Assembly: GCA_016713175.1 (NCBI GenBank)
Contig: JADJPQ010000004.1
Span: 372,278 to 436,277 of the forward strand
Source of the DNA: Planctomycetota bacterium
GTDB lineage: Bacteria > Planctomycetota > UBA1135 > UBA2386
Length of the DNA: 64,000 nt
Reading direction: 5' to 3'
Made by a program: the position numbers and the translations under genes. This document shows, piece by piece, positions 1 through 9,275 of this stretch (within the stretch, counting starts at the first letter, position 1; each line of letters starts with the position of its first letter). The notes under the pieces are model-generated. The model made no database searches, was not told the origin of the DNA, and was given only the letters and a program-made list of their open reading frames with translations.

Positions 1-11
1 TCGCCGTTGTT

Positions 12-1634
12 GTGGTGGTTGCAGTTTTCGTGATTGCGACGCAAGCAACCCCAGACATGAGTCGCCAAGGGCTTGCTGGTCAGACCAGGGCGGCGTCGGC
101 AGGCGCGGGTGTTTCAGCCGAGGTATCAGCGTCTGCGGCGGATGACCGCGAAAAGCCGTCGATTGGCCCAGATACAATCGTCGTCGTGCAGGTTGCGGAC
201 TCATCAGGCAGTCCAATCGAGGGCGCTTCCGTGTGCACCACCAACAGCCACGCGCGCCTGATCGCATCCGGCCAACTGACATCCCTTGGGGTGACTGACG
301 CAACCGGGAGCGTGCTTGTGGCGCAGAGCCGCCTGGGGCCGTTGCTGGAGCCACACTCCAGTCGCGTTGCTGCTGTTCACGGAGGCGTCCTGTACAGTGC
401 GGCACGATTGCACGATACGCATTACCTCTGTACGGTTGAACGTCCCGAGACTGACTGTCAAATCCAGTGTCTTGATGAGTCGGGGCGGGCAGTTCCCGGT
501 GTCGTCGTCATGATGTCCAGGGCTGCGGTGCCGGCGGATCCGTCGTGGGAAGTGGCAGGGCCGGCGTCCCTCGTGAGTAATTCAAGCGCCGGAGACTATT
601 GCGTCCATTACGGCGTGAGTGATGGCGCTGGCGCCATTCTTGTCTCGAATCTGGCGGCCGGGCTGTACCACTTCGACTTGTCTTGCGAGACTCATGTGTG
701 TGTTGGAGGTTCGAGCCCGGGAGACTCACAGATCGCCGTCCCTGGGGGAGTTGTTCGTGTTGTCATGCGGGAGGCTATTGCCGTTGTTGCGAACCTGGCT
801 GACGACTATGAAGTCCTGGCGGTACGGACGGTAGTGCCTGGAGCTGTTGACCTGCAAAACACCTTTTCCCCTCGCGAACTGCCCCGGCTGAACAGGCGCC
901 TGCTGAAGAAATGGCCTGAAGCAACTGTATGTCTGGCAGGTGTGAGAGTTGGCGGCGGCATCGGCTCTGCAATGGAGGCGAGGACGCGAATGTTGCTGAG
1001 ACAAGGATCAAGCCACGGCTGGGCTGAGGTGACGACTGAGTTCGTCAAGTTGGAGCACGCTGTCCCGAGATTATTGCGTCCGGAACTGGTTCCCGATAAC
1101 GGAGAAGAGGTTCATGTGGCTCTCGTCGACGCCGGCGGTAACGAGTATCGCGGGGTTGAACTGGCGCTGCGACATAAGGCGGCATCGAAACAGTTGCCCG
1201 ATGTTCCGGTGCTTAGCGGGTCTGCGACTTGGCTGCCAACGGGTACCTATCTCGTGAGATGCAGGAACCAGAGCATGAGGCAGTTCTTTGACCAAGCGTA
1301 TGAGATTGACGTCGACGGAGTGGGCGAGCCGCTGCAGGTGAAGTGCAGGGTCGGCCAGAGGTTGGTCGGTTGGCGACTGGAGATAGAGACAGAGTTTGGC
1401 GCTATCGGTACCGGTGGGGTCTTCGTGCGGCCGACTCCCTTTGGCTTGAAATCAAGCGTGTTTGGATTTGATGGTAAGTCGACTGTGGAGGATCTGTGGG
1501 GACCGGTCGGGAGAATGGCCGTAGAGGTGTCAACGCCAGGGTTCTTGCCAGCCGAGGCTGTGGTGGACCTGGTCGATGGTGGGGCACCGCAGCTCGTCGC
1601 TATCAAACTGATGAGGGCGAACGGTGGGAAGTAG
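12..1634 (+). CDS. Hypothetical protein with repeated beta-sandwich (carboxypeptidase-regulatory-like) segments; 5' end probably truncated at the window edge or start misplaced
   Basis: The ORF is open back to nt 3 and the first codon is GTG. Repeated motifs of the type DATGSVLV, DESGRAVPGVVV and GLYHFDL resemble CarbopepD_reg-like repeats. No clear signal peptide is visible. Confidence 0.4.
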   Translation: MVVAVFVIATQATPDMSRQGLAGQTRAASAGAGVSAEVSASAADDREKPSIGPDTIVVVQVADSSGSPIEGASVCTTNSHARLIASGQLTSLGVTDATGSVLVAQSRLGPLLEPHSSRVAAVHGGVLYSAARLHDTHYLCTVERPETDCQIQCLDESGRAVPGVVVMMSRAAVPADPSWEVAGPASLVSNSSAGDYCVHYGVSDGAGAILVSNLAAGLYHFDLSCETHVCVGGSSPGDSQIAVPGGVVRVVMREAIAVVANLADDYEVLAVRTVVPGAVDLQNTFSPRELPRLNRRLLKKWPEATVCLAGVRVGGGIGSAMEARTRMLLRQGSSHGWAEVTTEFVKLEHAVPRLLRPELVPDNGEEVHVALVDAGGNEYRGVELALRHKAASKQLPDVPVLSGSATWLPTGTYLVRCRNQSMRQFFDQAYEIDVDGVGEPLQVKCRVGQRLVGWRLEIETEFGAIGTGGVFVRPTPFGLKSSVFGFDGKSTVEDLWGPVGRMAVEVSTPGFLPAEAVVDLVDGGAPQLVAIKLMRANGGK

Positions 1635-2082
1635 CGGTCTTCCGTGGCGGTTCTGGATAATCCGGACTTTCATGATAAGCGTACTGCTGTTCGTCGCCGG
1701 TGGGAAACTACAGTCGCTGGTCCTTGGAGTGGAGCATGATGGCACAACATGGGCCGCGGGACTGGGCTTGATCCTCGAGTTGGTCGCGCTCGCGATGCTG
1801 GTCGACGGCCGCACAGTGGCTCTCGCGTATGTTGGGTGCGCGGTCTTTGCTGCCGTTGCTATTGCTTGGCACTGGACTCACCCTGGGCGGGTCTGCGGGT
1901 GCCTTGGTGCGTGGGCTCGTTTGGCGGGAACCGAGGTTGCCGTCGCGGCCTTGATCGGGTGCACTGCCTGTCTCGGCGCGATGCTGGATTCGGGTGTCAC
2001 CCGGCGACACCCAAGGAACCAGCCAGACCGCCGGAATCACCCGGATCCTGACCGCCGTCTGCAACGAAGAGTCCTTCCATGA
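1624..2082 (+). CDS. MauE/DoxX-like small integral membrane protein with a CGC motif
   Basis: About four hydrophobic helices and a conserved-looking GRVCGCLGAW motif. Size and topology are typical of the MauE/DoxX family. The true start may be the internal Met at about 1676. Confidence 0.4.
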   Translation: MGSSGLPWRFWIIRTFMISVLLFVAGGKLQSLVLGVEHDGTTWAAGLGLILELVALAMLVDGRTVALAYVGCAVFAAVAIAWHWTHPGRVCGCLGAWARLAGTEVAVAALIGCTACLGAMLDSGVTRRHPRNQPDRRNHPDPDRRLQRRVLP

Positions 2083-2633
2083 AGTGGTGGTCGACGATGG
2101 TCGCCGCGATGTTGGCTGTCGCGAGCTTCTTGCCGTGTGTTTGGTGGCGCTGCTGTTCGATTGCCGACCTCCTGGCTGCCCACCCGCGGTTGCCAGAGGC
2201 CGGCATCCGCGTTGCGCTCAGGCATGCCGCCGCGGTTCTGCAGTGTGAGGTCCTCGTCACTCCCGTGCCTCGCGCCGTCGTCGCATCAGTCCTACTGCAC
2301 GACGCGTGCGATCGCATTGCCGAGTCGTGGCCCGCTGACCGGCTCTGGCGCGAACCAAAGCGCCCGCGACTTGCGCGTGCTCCTCAGTCCACCAGCACCG
2401 CAAACTCGGCACACGACGCCCACGGCCGGCCGGCGACTTCCCGGTGCGCAACCAGCCGGACCATCCGCACCCCGGCCGCTTTGGCCGCCAGCCGCACCGT
2501 CTGTGCCACCGGGTTGTTCTCGATGTTCGAGAACGTGCCCTTGCCGACCGACCGCCATTGCCGGCCATCACTGCTGACCGCGAACTCCCAATCGGCGACC
2601 GTGCCATTGCTGCCCGAAGCGCGCGGCAGATAG
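2079..2633 (+). CDS. Hypothetical small protein with an N-terminal hydrophobic segment; possibly spurious
   Basis: ATGA start/stop overlap with the upstream MauE-like gene suggests translational coupling. The N-terminus MKWWSTMVAAMLAVASFLPCVWW is hydrophobic. However, the last 250 nt overlap the fucosidase gene in antisense. Confidence 0.2.
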   Translation: MKWWSTMVAAMLAVASFLPCVWWRCCSIADLLAAHPRLPEAGIRVALRHAAAVLQCEVLVTPVPRAVVASVLLHDACDRIAESWPADRLWREPKRPRLARAPQSTSTANSAHDAHGRPATSRCATSRTIRTPAALAASRTVCATGLFSMFENVPLPTDRHCRPSLLTANSQSATVPLLPEARGR

Positions 2634-4468
2634 ACGAATCCCGTGACCTCGACCACTTCGCCGAGATCGATCGTCAGATGATGCGGGTGGGATGGCGTGT
2701 CCGGCCGATAGCGCGTGTGCCAGATCGTGTTCGGATCGCCGTCGATCGCGTGCTCCTGCGCTTCGCCCGGCGCCTGCTGGCTCGAGGAATCGAGGATCGT
2801 CCATTTGCTCGCACACAGACCGAACGTCGCCGAAGCCGAGGCGCCGGTCGTCAGCGCCAACGCGGTGCTGTCCGCCTTGGCGAATGTCGATGCGCGCACC
2901 GTGCCGCCGCGCGGCAGCGGGAACGGCCGGTCATACCGAGCTGACGCGGTCGTCGGCGTCGAGCCGTCGGTCGTGTAGTGGATCACGCCGGCCGTCGCTT
3001 GCAGGGTCACCTTGCCGTCGCGATCGCGCCGGATCGTCGGCGGCGACAGCAGGTCGGGGGAACGGTGCACCGAGAAGTGATGGATCGCCGCCTTGCCGCG
3101 CGTCTGCTCGAGCCAATAGCGGACGCCGTTGGCCTCGAGCCTGGGCAGCCGGAGCAGCCGACGATGGCCGATCGTGCCGCCGCGTTCCAGTTCGCGCCAG
3201 GACTGGCCATCCCAGACATCGATCCGGAACGCTTCGACGCGCTGCCCGGAAGTGGCGGTGTCTTCGCGCAAGTCGAGCACGTCGAACTCGGTCGGCGAGT
3301 TGAAGTAGATCTCGCCGGCCTTGGCGTAGGTCTTGCGCATGGCGCCGGCGGCGAGGTCGTTGCCGAACGTCGCGTCCAGCACGGCGCCGAGGTCCTGCAG
3401 TACCGCGACATCGGGATCGGGGATCCTGCCACGGCGATCGGCCGGCACGTTCAGCAGCAGCACGGCGTTGCCGCCGACCGCGCCGTACCAGTAGTCGAGC
3501 AGCGTCGCGAGCGGCTTGACCTGCGTGTCCTCGCGCGGATGCCAGAACCAACCCGGCCGGATCGAGACGTCGGTCTCCGCCGGCCACCAGGTCAGCCGGC
3601 GGGCGCCGCGCAGGCGTTGCCGGCTGCCCAGATCCTGCTCCTGATTGCGTTCGCGCAGTTGCCAGAGCGCTTGCCAGGCCGCGCGCGACTCGACCAGGGA
3701 GCCCGCGTCGTCGGTGGACAGCGGCAGCACGCTCCATTCCGCGGCCCGCGTGTGGCCGCCTTCGTTGCCGACCCAGCGAACGTCTGGACCGGTGATCGCG
3801 ATCACGGCGTCGGGTTGCAGTTGCCGGATCAGCCGGAAGTGGCCCTGCCAGTCGAACAGGGCGGGATCGTCGGCCGGACAATGCGCGCCGTCGAACCAGA
3901 CCTCGAACAACGGGCCATAGCCGGTCAGCAGTTCGCGCAGTTGGGTCGCGAACACCGCGTTGTAGTCCTTGCTGCCGAACGTCGGCTGGTGCCGATCCCA
4001 CGGCGACAGATAGACGCCGAACTGCAGACCATGCGTCCTGCACGCGTCGGCAACCGCGCGGACGACGTCGCCCTGGCCGTTCTGCCAAGGACTGCTGCGA
4101 ACACTGTGCGCGGTGGTCGCGGTCGGCCACAGGCAGAAGCCATCGTGATGCTTGCAGGTCAGGATCAGTCCCTTCATGCCGGCAGCGGCGAACGCGCGGA
4201 CCCATTGATCGGCGTCGAGAGCGGTCGGCGCGAACGTGGTCGCCGACTCGGTGCCCTCACCCCATTCGCGGTCGGTGAACGTGTTCATGCCAAAGTGCAC
4301 GAACGCGGTGAAGCCGAGCGACTGCCAGCGCACCTGGCGCGGCTCCGGGCGCAGTGCGGCCGCAGCGGCGATCGTGTCGGCATCGCTGGCACCGGCTGCC
4401 AGCAGGGCCGGTTGCTGGGCGGGCAACAGGAATGTCAGCAGGGAGAGCAGCGGGAGGCACGGACGCAT
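2384..4468 (-). CDS. Alpha-L-fucosidase (GH29) with a C-terminal F5/8 type C (discoidin) domain, secreted
   Basis: GH29 motifs are present (FGMNTFTDREWG, HHDGFCLWPT, GVYLSPWDRH). Signal peptide MRPCLPLLSLLTFLLPAQQPALLAAG. The C-terminal beta-rich domain carries the WHT..DLG discoidin-like motif. Start chosen at the signal-peptide Met, since the ORF track begins 45 codons earlier. Confidence 0.8.
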   Translation of the reverse strand: MRPCLPLLSLLTFLLPAQQPALLAAGASDADTIAAAAALRPEPRQVRWQSLGFTAFVHFGMNTFTDREWGEGTESATTFAPTALDADQWVRAFAAAGMKGLILTCKHHDGFCLWPTATTAHSVRSSPWQNGQGDVVRAVADACRTHGLQFGVYLSPWDRHQPTFGSKDYNAVFATQLRELLTGYGPLFEVWFDGAHCPADDPALFDWQGHFRLIRQLQPDAVIAITGPDVRWVGNEGGHTRAAEWSVLPLSTDDAGSLVESRAAWQALWQLRERNQEQDLGSRQRLRGARRLTWWPAETDVSIRPGWFWHPREDTQVKPLATLLDYWYGAVGGNAVLLLNVPADRRGRIPDPDVAVLQDLGAVLDATFGNDLAAGAMRKTYAKAGEIYFNSPTEFDVLDLREDTATSGQRVEAFRIDVWDGQSWRELERGGTIGHRRLLRLPRLEANGVRYWLEQTRGKAAIHHFSVHRSPDLLSPPTIRRDRDGKVTLQATAGVIHYTTDGSTPTTASARYDRPFPLPRGGTVRASTFAKADSTALALTTGASASATFGLCASKWTILDSSSQQAPGEAQEHAIDGDPNTIWHTRYRPDTPSHPHHLTIDLGEVVEVTGFVYLPRASGSNGTVADWEFAVSSDGRQWRSVGKGTFSNIENNPVAQTVRLAAKAAGVRMVRLVAHREVAGRPWASCAEFAVLVD

Positions 4469-4499
4469 GGCCGCGACGTTAGCGCGGCGATGGCCCTGG

Positions 4500-6359
4500 T
4501 CACGCGCCGACGGCGACTTCACGCAGGCGGCGCAGCAGGTCGGCAAACGCGAACGGCTTGCTGACGATCGGCGCCCGGCATCGGCGCGCGAACGCCGCGG
4601 CATCGGGCGAGGTCAGGTCGCCGGTGACGAAGACCAGCCGGCGGAGCAGGTCCGGTGCGTGCCGGGACAGGTGGTCGTAGAGCCCGCTGCCCGCCATGCC
4701 GGGCATCCGCAGATCGCACAACAGCGCGTCGAAGCGTTCGGTCTGCAGCAGCGGCAGGGCGCTCTCGGCGGAATCGGTGGCGGTGGTTCGCCAGCCGGCG
4801 GTCCTGGCGTGGCGCTCGATCGACGAGCGGACCTGGGGTTCGTCATCGATGATCAGCAGGCGCAGCGGGCTACCATCGGCGGCGTGGGGTGGCGGGGCCG
4901 GTGCTGGTGGTGCCGCGGGCATCGGCGCCGCGGCCGGCGCGCACGGCAGTTCGACGGTGAACTGCGCGCCGCCGCAGTCGGCGTCGCCGACCTGGATCGT
5001 GCCGCCGTGCGCGGTGACCATCGCCTGCGCAACCGGCAATCCGAGGCCGGAACCGCAACCCGGCGGCTTGGTGGTGAAGAACGGTTCGAAGATGCGCCCG
5101 CGGTCGGCGAGCGGGACGCCACGACCCTGGTCGGCGATCTGCACGATCCAGCGATCTGCGGCCGTGCGGGTCGTCACCGTGACGGTGCCAGGCCGCGGCG
5201 ACGCATGCAGCGCGTTGACCAGCAGATTGGTCAGCACCTGCTCGATACCGGCCGCGTCGCCAATCAGCGTCGTCGTCGCCGCGTTGGCGGTGGTGCGGAG
5301 CGTCAACCCCGCCTGGGCGAACTGCGGCCGCAGCCCGGCGACCACACGTTCCACCAAGGCATCGGCGTCGATCCGGTCGCGCGTCTGCACCGGTTGGCGA
5401 CCGAGCACCGACAGCCGTTGCACGATCGCGCGGCAACGGTCGGCCTGTTCGAGCACGATGCGGGCAGCTTCGCGGCGTGTGGGGCCATCGGCGGCGTCGA
5501 GGTCGGCGGCAAAGCCGAGGATCGCCGTCAGCGGGTTGTTGATCTCGTGGGCGACGCCGGACACCAGGGTCGACAGGGCGCGGAGGCGTTCATCGCGCTG
5601 GACCTGGGCCCGCAGCCGATCGCGTTCCGCAGCGGCCTGCAAGGCCTGCCGCTGCACGTCCTGGACGACGACGACGATCAGCGCGGCGCCGAGTGTCACC
5701 TGCATGACGACATCGATCAGCGAGTTGCACCGCAGCAGGAAGGACCAGGACGAGTCCACGCGCGGATGCACCGGGTCGACACCGATCACCGTGACGGCAT
5801 AAGCACACCAGATCGCGGCCCAGGTGAGCATCGTGGCCGCCGCCACGCGGCAGCCGAGTTCCTCGGGCGATGGCCCCTGGCGCAGCGCGCGCGCGGCCAG
5901 CACGAATGCGGTGATGGCCAGGGGTGCCTGGACCAGCAGCGTCGATTCGATGGAAGGGAGCATCGCGGCCAAGGCCGCCAGCAACGCCACGGTCGGGCCG
6001 GTCCAGCGCACCCAGGTCGTCGGCCACGGCTGGCCCCGGAGGGCCCGTGCGCCACCGAGCAGGTACCAGAAGAACCCGACCTTGCCGACGAAGTAGATCG
6101 CGTAGCAGGCACGCGTCAGCAGGTGGTTCTCCGTCAGCGGCTCGCCGAGGACATGGTGGTGCGCGCCAAGAAAGCGCACGGTGATCGCGCTGAGCCCGAC
6201 CGCGAGCAGCAGGAATGCGGTGGACCAACGACGAAGCCAGGCCGACGGCTGCAGTCGGCGGCCGAGCAGCATCAGGAAACCGGCGACGATCCAGGCGAGG
6301 ATGCACTGGATCAACAGGGACACGAGGCTGAAGAACCCCGTGCTGTCGAGGAAGAACAT
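4500..6359 (-). CDS. Hybrid sensor histidine kinase/response regulator with a multi-pass membrane sensor domain
   Basis: N-terminal region with 6–7 TM helices, an H-box (SGVAHEINNPLTAI), HATPase G-boxes (GRGVPL, GSGLGL), and a C-terminal receiver domain (LLIIDDEP...DALLCDLRMPGMAG). Start placed at MFFLDSTGFF. The longer track ORF 4500..7034 includes an out-of-frame upstream extension. Confidence 0.8.
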   Translation of the reverse strand: MFFLDSTGFFSLVSLLIQCILAWIVAGFLMLLGRRLQPSAWLRRWSTAFLLLAVGLSAITVRFLGAHHHVLGEPLTENHLLTRACYAIYFVGKVGFFWYLLGGARALRGQPWPTTWVRWTGPTVALLAALAAMLPSIESTLLVQAPLAITAFVLAARALRQGPSPEELGCRVAAATMLTWAAIWCAYAVTVIGVDPVHPRVDSSWSFLLRCNSLIDVVMQVTLGAALIVVVVQDVQRQALQAAAERDRLRAQVQRDERLRALSTLVSGVAHEINNPLTAILGFAADLDAADGPTRREAARIVLEQADRCRAIVQRLSVLGRQPVQTRDRIDADALVERVVAGLRPQFAQAGLTLRTTANAATTTLIGDAAGIEQVLTNLLVNALHASPRPGTVTVTTRTAADRWIVQIADQGRGVPLADRGRIFEPFFTTKPPGCGSGLGLPVAQAMVTAHGGTIQVGDADCGGAQFTVELPCAPAAAPMPAAPPAPAPPPHAADGSPLRLLIIDDEPQVRSSIERHARTAGWRTTATDSAESALPLLQTERFDALLCDLRMPGMAGSGLYDHLSRHAPDLLRRLVFVTGDLTSPDAAAFARRCRAPIVSKPFAFADLLRRLREVAVGA

Positions 6360-6399
6360 GAGGCGGACCTGGGGACTGCCAGGATAGCGCGGCAGGTTG

Positions 6400-7827
6400 C
6401 TACTTTCGCGGTGTCGCGGCGAGGGTGGTGTCGAAGAACGCGAACACGTCCGGCAGCGCGAGTTGCACGATCGCGAAGTGCTCGACGCCTTCGTACTCGC
6501 GCAACTGGCTGGCGGCACCGGCGGACTCGAGGGCGGTGGCCAGGGATCGGGCTGCGGACCGGGCGAAATCGCGCGTGCCGACGCCGACGAAGGCCGGCAG
6601 GCCCGCCAGCCCCTTGGCGCCGCGGGCGTTGCCGCCGCCGCCGAGCGGTGCGATCGCGGCGACCCGTCGCGGCGAACGGACGGCGGCGGCGATGACCTGC
6701 GCGGCGCCCATCGAGTGGCCGACCAGCAGCACCTTGCTCTTGTCGATCGGGTAGCGCGCGGCCAGCGCGTCGACCAGTGCGAACACATCGCTGCCGGCGA
6801 ACGCCTCGACGCGCGGCGCCACCAGCAGCCAGCCGCGGGCGGTGCACAGGCGGACGATCTCGCCGTCGCCGTAGCCGTCGAAGAACAGGTTCTCGGAGCC
6901 GCCGGCGCCGTGCAGCGCGACGACCAGCGGGCAGCGTTCGCCGTTGCCCGCGTCGGCCGGAACCGCCAGCCGGACCGCCATCGTCCTCGAGCCGACCGGG
7001 ACGCGCAGCCAGAACTGTCCGGTCCGCGTCGCATCGAACCAGTGGCTGTCGGCCGGCAGCTTCGCCAGCGCCTCCGCCTCGGCGAGCAACACGGCGCCGG
7101 GCAACGGGGTTTCCTCGGCGCGTCTCCTCGTCATGCCGAGCAGCGTGCGAGCGTGCGCTCGCAAGGTCGCCGACTCGATCGTCGGCTTCGCCTCGCGGTC
7201 GCCGTCCGGGGTCACTGCGGCGAGGCGCGCCTGCAGGTCGTCGACGATCGACAGGGCGGTCGTGCGAGCCACCAGTTCGCGGTCGCCGCGGCTGATCGAC
7301 CAGCGCAGCTCATGGTCACCCGCAGGCAGATCGCGCAGCGGCAGTTCGATGGTCTGCGGCAGCTCACCGATCCGGACGGACACAGGGGCCCAGGCCGGGT
7401 GCTGCGCAGCGGCGATCTGAAGAACGAGGTCGCCCGGCGGTTCTTCGTCGATCGTGTAGGCCGCGCGCAGCTCGGCCGTCGCCGCCGGGCTCGCGCGGTC
7501 GATCAGCCGGGAGGTCAGCGCCAATTGCAGCGTGTGGGCGTGCCGTTCGTCGGCGTCCGGGGGCTCTGTGCGCAGGGCGAAGTTCGCGCGATCGATCGCC
7601 TGCACGACGGCCTTGGTGTCGAGCCGGAAGAACGACTGGACGGCCAGGTTCATCTCGACCATGGCGGGATCGCGGCGCGCCGGATCGGTCACGCGCGCCA
7701 GTTCGCGTTCGAACGCGCGCAGTCGCAGGCCGAGTTCGAGGCGATCGACCTGGGCGGGCAGCGCGGCGGCGAACAGGAGCAGGCAGGTGCACGCAGACTC
7801 AGCCACGGGCGTTCGACGGGCCATCAT
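6400..7827 (-). CDS. Secreted alpha/beta-hydrolase (esterase/dienelactone-hydrolase-like)
   Basis: N-terminal signal-like segment. GHSMGA nucleophile elbow, a HGAGGSE oxyanion region and a C-terminal His. The start overlaps the upstream symporter gene by about 29 nt. Confidence 0.6.
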   Translation of the reverse strand: MMARRTPVAESACTCLLLFAAALPAQVDRLELGLRLRAFERELARVTDPARRDPAMVEMNLAVQSFFRLDTKAVVQAIDRANFALRTEPPDADERHAHTLQLALTSRLIDRASPAATAELRAAYTIDEEPPGDLVLQIAAAQHPAWAPVSVRIGELPQTIELPLRDLPAGDHELRWSISRGDRELVARTTALSIVDDLQARLAAVTPDGDREAKPTIESATLRAHARTLLGMTRRRAEETPLPGAVLLAEAEALAKLPADSHWFDATRTGQFWLRVPVGSRTMAVRLAVPADAGNGERCPLVVALHGAGGSENLFFDGYGDGEIVRLCTARGWLLVAPRVEAFAGSDVFALVDALAARYPIDKSKVLLVGHSMGAAQVIAAAVRSPRRVAAIAPLGGGGNARGAKGLAGLPAFVGVGTRDFARSAARSLATALESAGAASQLREYEGVEHFAIVQLALPDVFAFFDTTLAATPRK

Positions 7828-9265
7828 GGGTACCTCGGTTGCGGCGTCGCTCCAGCAGCAGGCCGATCAACAGGCCGACAGCCGCGGCGCCAAGCGACGT
7901 CAGATACGGGTGCGGAATCGACACCGGCGTCTGGTCGTCCGTCGGCGCCAGGACGTAGCGGCCCAGCACCCAGGTGATCCCGCCGGCGAGCAGGCACAGA
8001 TTGGCGGCCAGCGCGCCGCCGCGGCGCGAGAACAACGCCAGGGTGACGATCAGGAAGATGCCGGCGCTGCCAAAACCCGACGCCTGCTCGACCAGGTCGC
8101 TGACATCGGCCACGGCCAACGCCAGCCACCAGGCGATGACGCCGCAGGCGGCGACGCCGATGCGCACCGCCCACAGCCGGGCGCGGTCGCTGCGCGGCGC
8201 GGCGTTGCTGAACAACAGATTGCGCGTCAGCACCGACGAGGCGACCAGGAGACAGGAATCGACGGTGGACAGGATCGCCGACACCAGCGCGCCTGCGAAC
8301 ATCGCGTTGATCCACCAGGGCAGGTGCTGGCCGGCGAGGCGCGGCAGCAGCTGCTCGGGATCGGTGAGATCGGGCAGCAGCGTCGGCCCGAGCAGGCCGA
8401 GCGTCACCGGGATCAGACCGATCAGCACATACAGGCCGCCGCCGACGAGGCCGGCCGCGCGCGCGGTGCCGGCCGAACGCGCGGCGAGGCTGCGCGAGAC
8501 GACTTCCTGGGCGACGACCGAACCGACCAGCACGACGGCCCACTGTTCGATCAGATCCATTGCCGGCGGTGTCCTTCCGGGTGTGAAGCCGATCCTGGCG
8601 TTCGCCAGTGCCTCGGCGGTCGGAGCGAAACCGCCGAGATGCCAGATGGCGCCGCACAGCAGCGCCAACAGGCCGAGCACCAGTGCCACGCCCTGCACGA
8701 CGTCGGTGATCACGTCGGCCAGCAGACCGCCGCTGCCGGTGTAGATCACCGCAACGATCGCCGCGATCGCGATGCCGACGTTCTCACTCAGCAGGTCATC
8801 CGAGTTGACGTGCAGCACATGGCCGAACGCGCGGATCTGCGCGCCGGCCCACAGCAGCGACGTCGGGATCAGCAGCACCGCCGCGAGCCGTTCGGTCGAG
8901 CGGCCGTAACGGTCGTGGAACAGGTCGGCGAGGGTCGTGACCCTGCTGCGCCAGAACCGGCTGGCGAACACCAGGCCCATCACGACGAGGCATAGCCCGT
9001 ACGCGAATGGTTCGACCGAGCCGAGGTTGAGGCCGTCGGTGTAGATCGAGCCGGCGGCACCGGTGCAGCTCTCGGCGCCGAACCAGGTCGCGAAGATGCT
9101 GGTCGACGCGAGGATGGGGCCGAGGCTCCGGCCGGCGACCAGGTAGTCGTCTTCGTTGCGGATCCGCCGCGACGCCCAGACGCCGATGCCGAGTTGCACC
9201 GCGACGTAGAGAAACAGCACGAACAGCACGTTGCGGGTGTAACCGGTCGCGTGCGGTGGCGCCAT
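7799..9265 (-). CDS. Sodium:solute symporter family (SSF) transporter
   Basis: About 13 TM segments. The N-terminal helix NVLFVLFLYVAVQLGIGVW is followed by GRSLGP, FATWFGAESCTGAAG and SGGLLADVITD, typical of SSF/PutP-like carriers. Start chosen at MAPPHATGY, because the track ORF extends 71 codons upstream into an implausible leader. Confidence 0.7.
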   Translation of the reverse strand: MAPPHATGYTRNVLFVLFLYVAVQLGIGVWASRRIRNEDDYLVAGRSLGPILASTSIFATWFGAESCTGAAGSIYTDGLNLGSVEPFAYGLCLVVMGLVFASRFWRSRVTTLADLFHDRYGRSTERLAAVLLIPTSLLWAGAQIRAFGHVLHVNSDDLLSENVGIAIAAIVAVIYTGSGGLLADVITDVVQGVALVLGLLALLCGAIWHLGGFAPTAEALANARIGFTPGRTPPAMDLIEQWAVVLVGSVVAQEVVSRSLAARSAGTARAAGLVGGGLYVLIGLIPVTLGLLGPTLLPDLTDPEQLLPRLAGQHLPWWINAMFAGALVSAILSTVDSCLLVASSVLTRNLLFSNAAPRSDRARLWAVRIGVAACGVIAWWLALAVADVSDLVEQASGFGSAGIFLIVTLALFSRRGGALAANLCLLAGGITWVLGRYVLAPTDDQTPVSIPHPYLTSLGAAAVGLLIGLLLERRRNRGTHDGPSNARG

Positions 9266-9275
9266 CTGGCAGCAT

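Noticed and set aside
4236-6695. 819-aa plus-strand ORF antisense to the hybrid histidine kinase
   Set aside because: Low-complexity Arg/Gly-rich translation. The sensor kinase motifs are on the other strand.
6360-7034. N-terminal 224-codon extension of the histidine kinase ORF in the track (4500..7034)
   Set aside because: Ser/Ala/Pro/Arg low-complexity sequence that overlaps the esterase gene in another frame. The sensor protein plausibly starts at MFFLD, just before the first TM helix.
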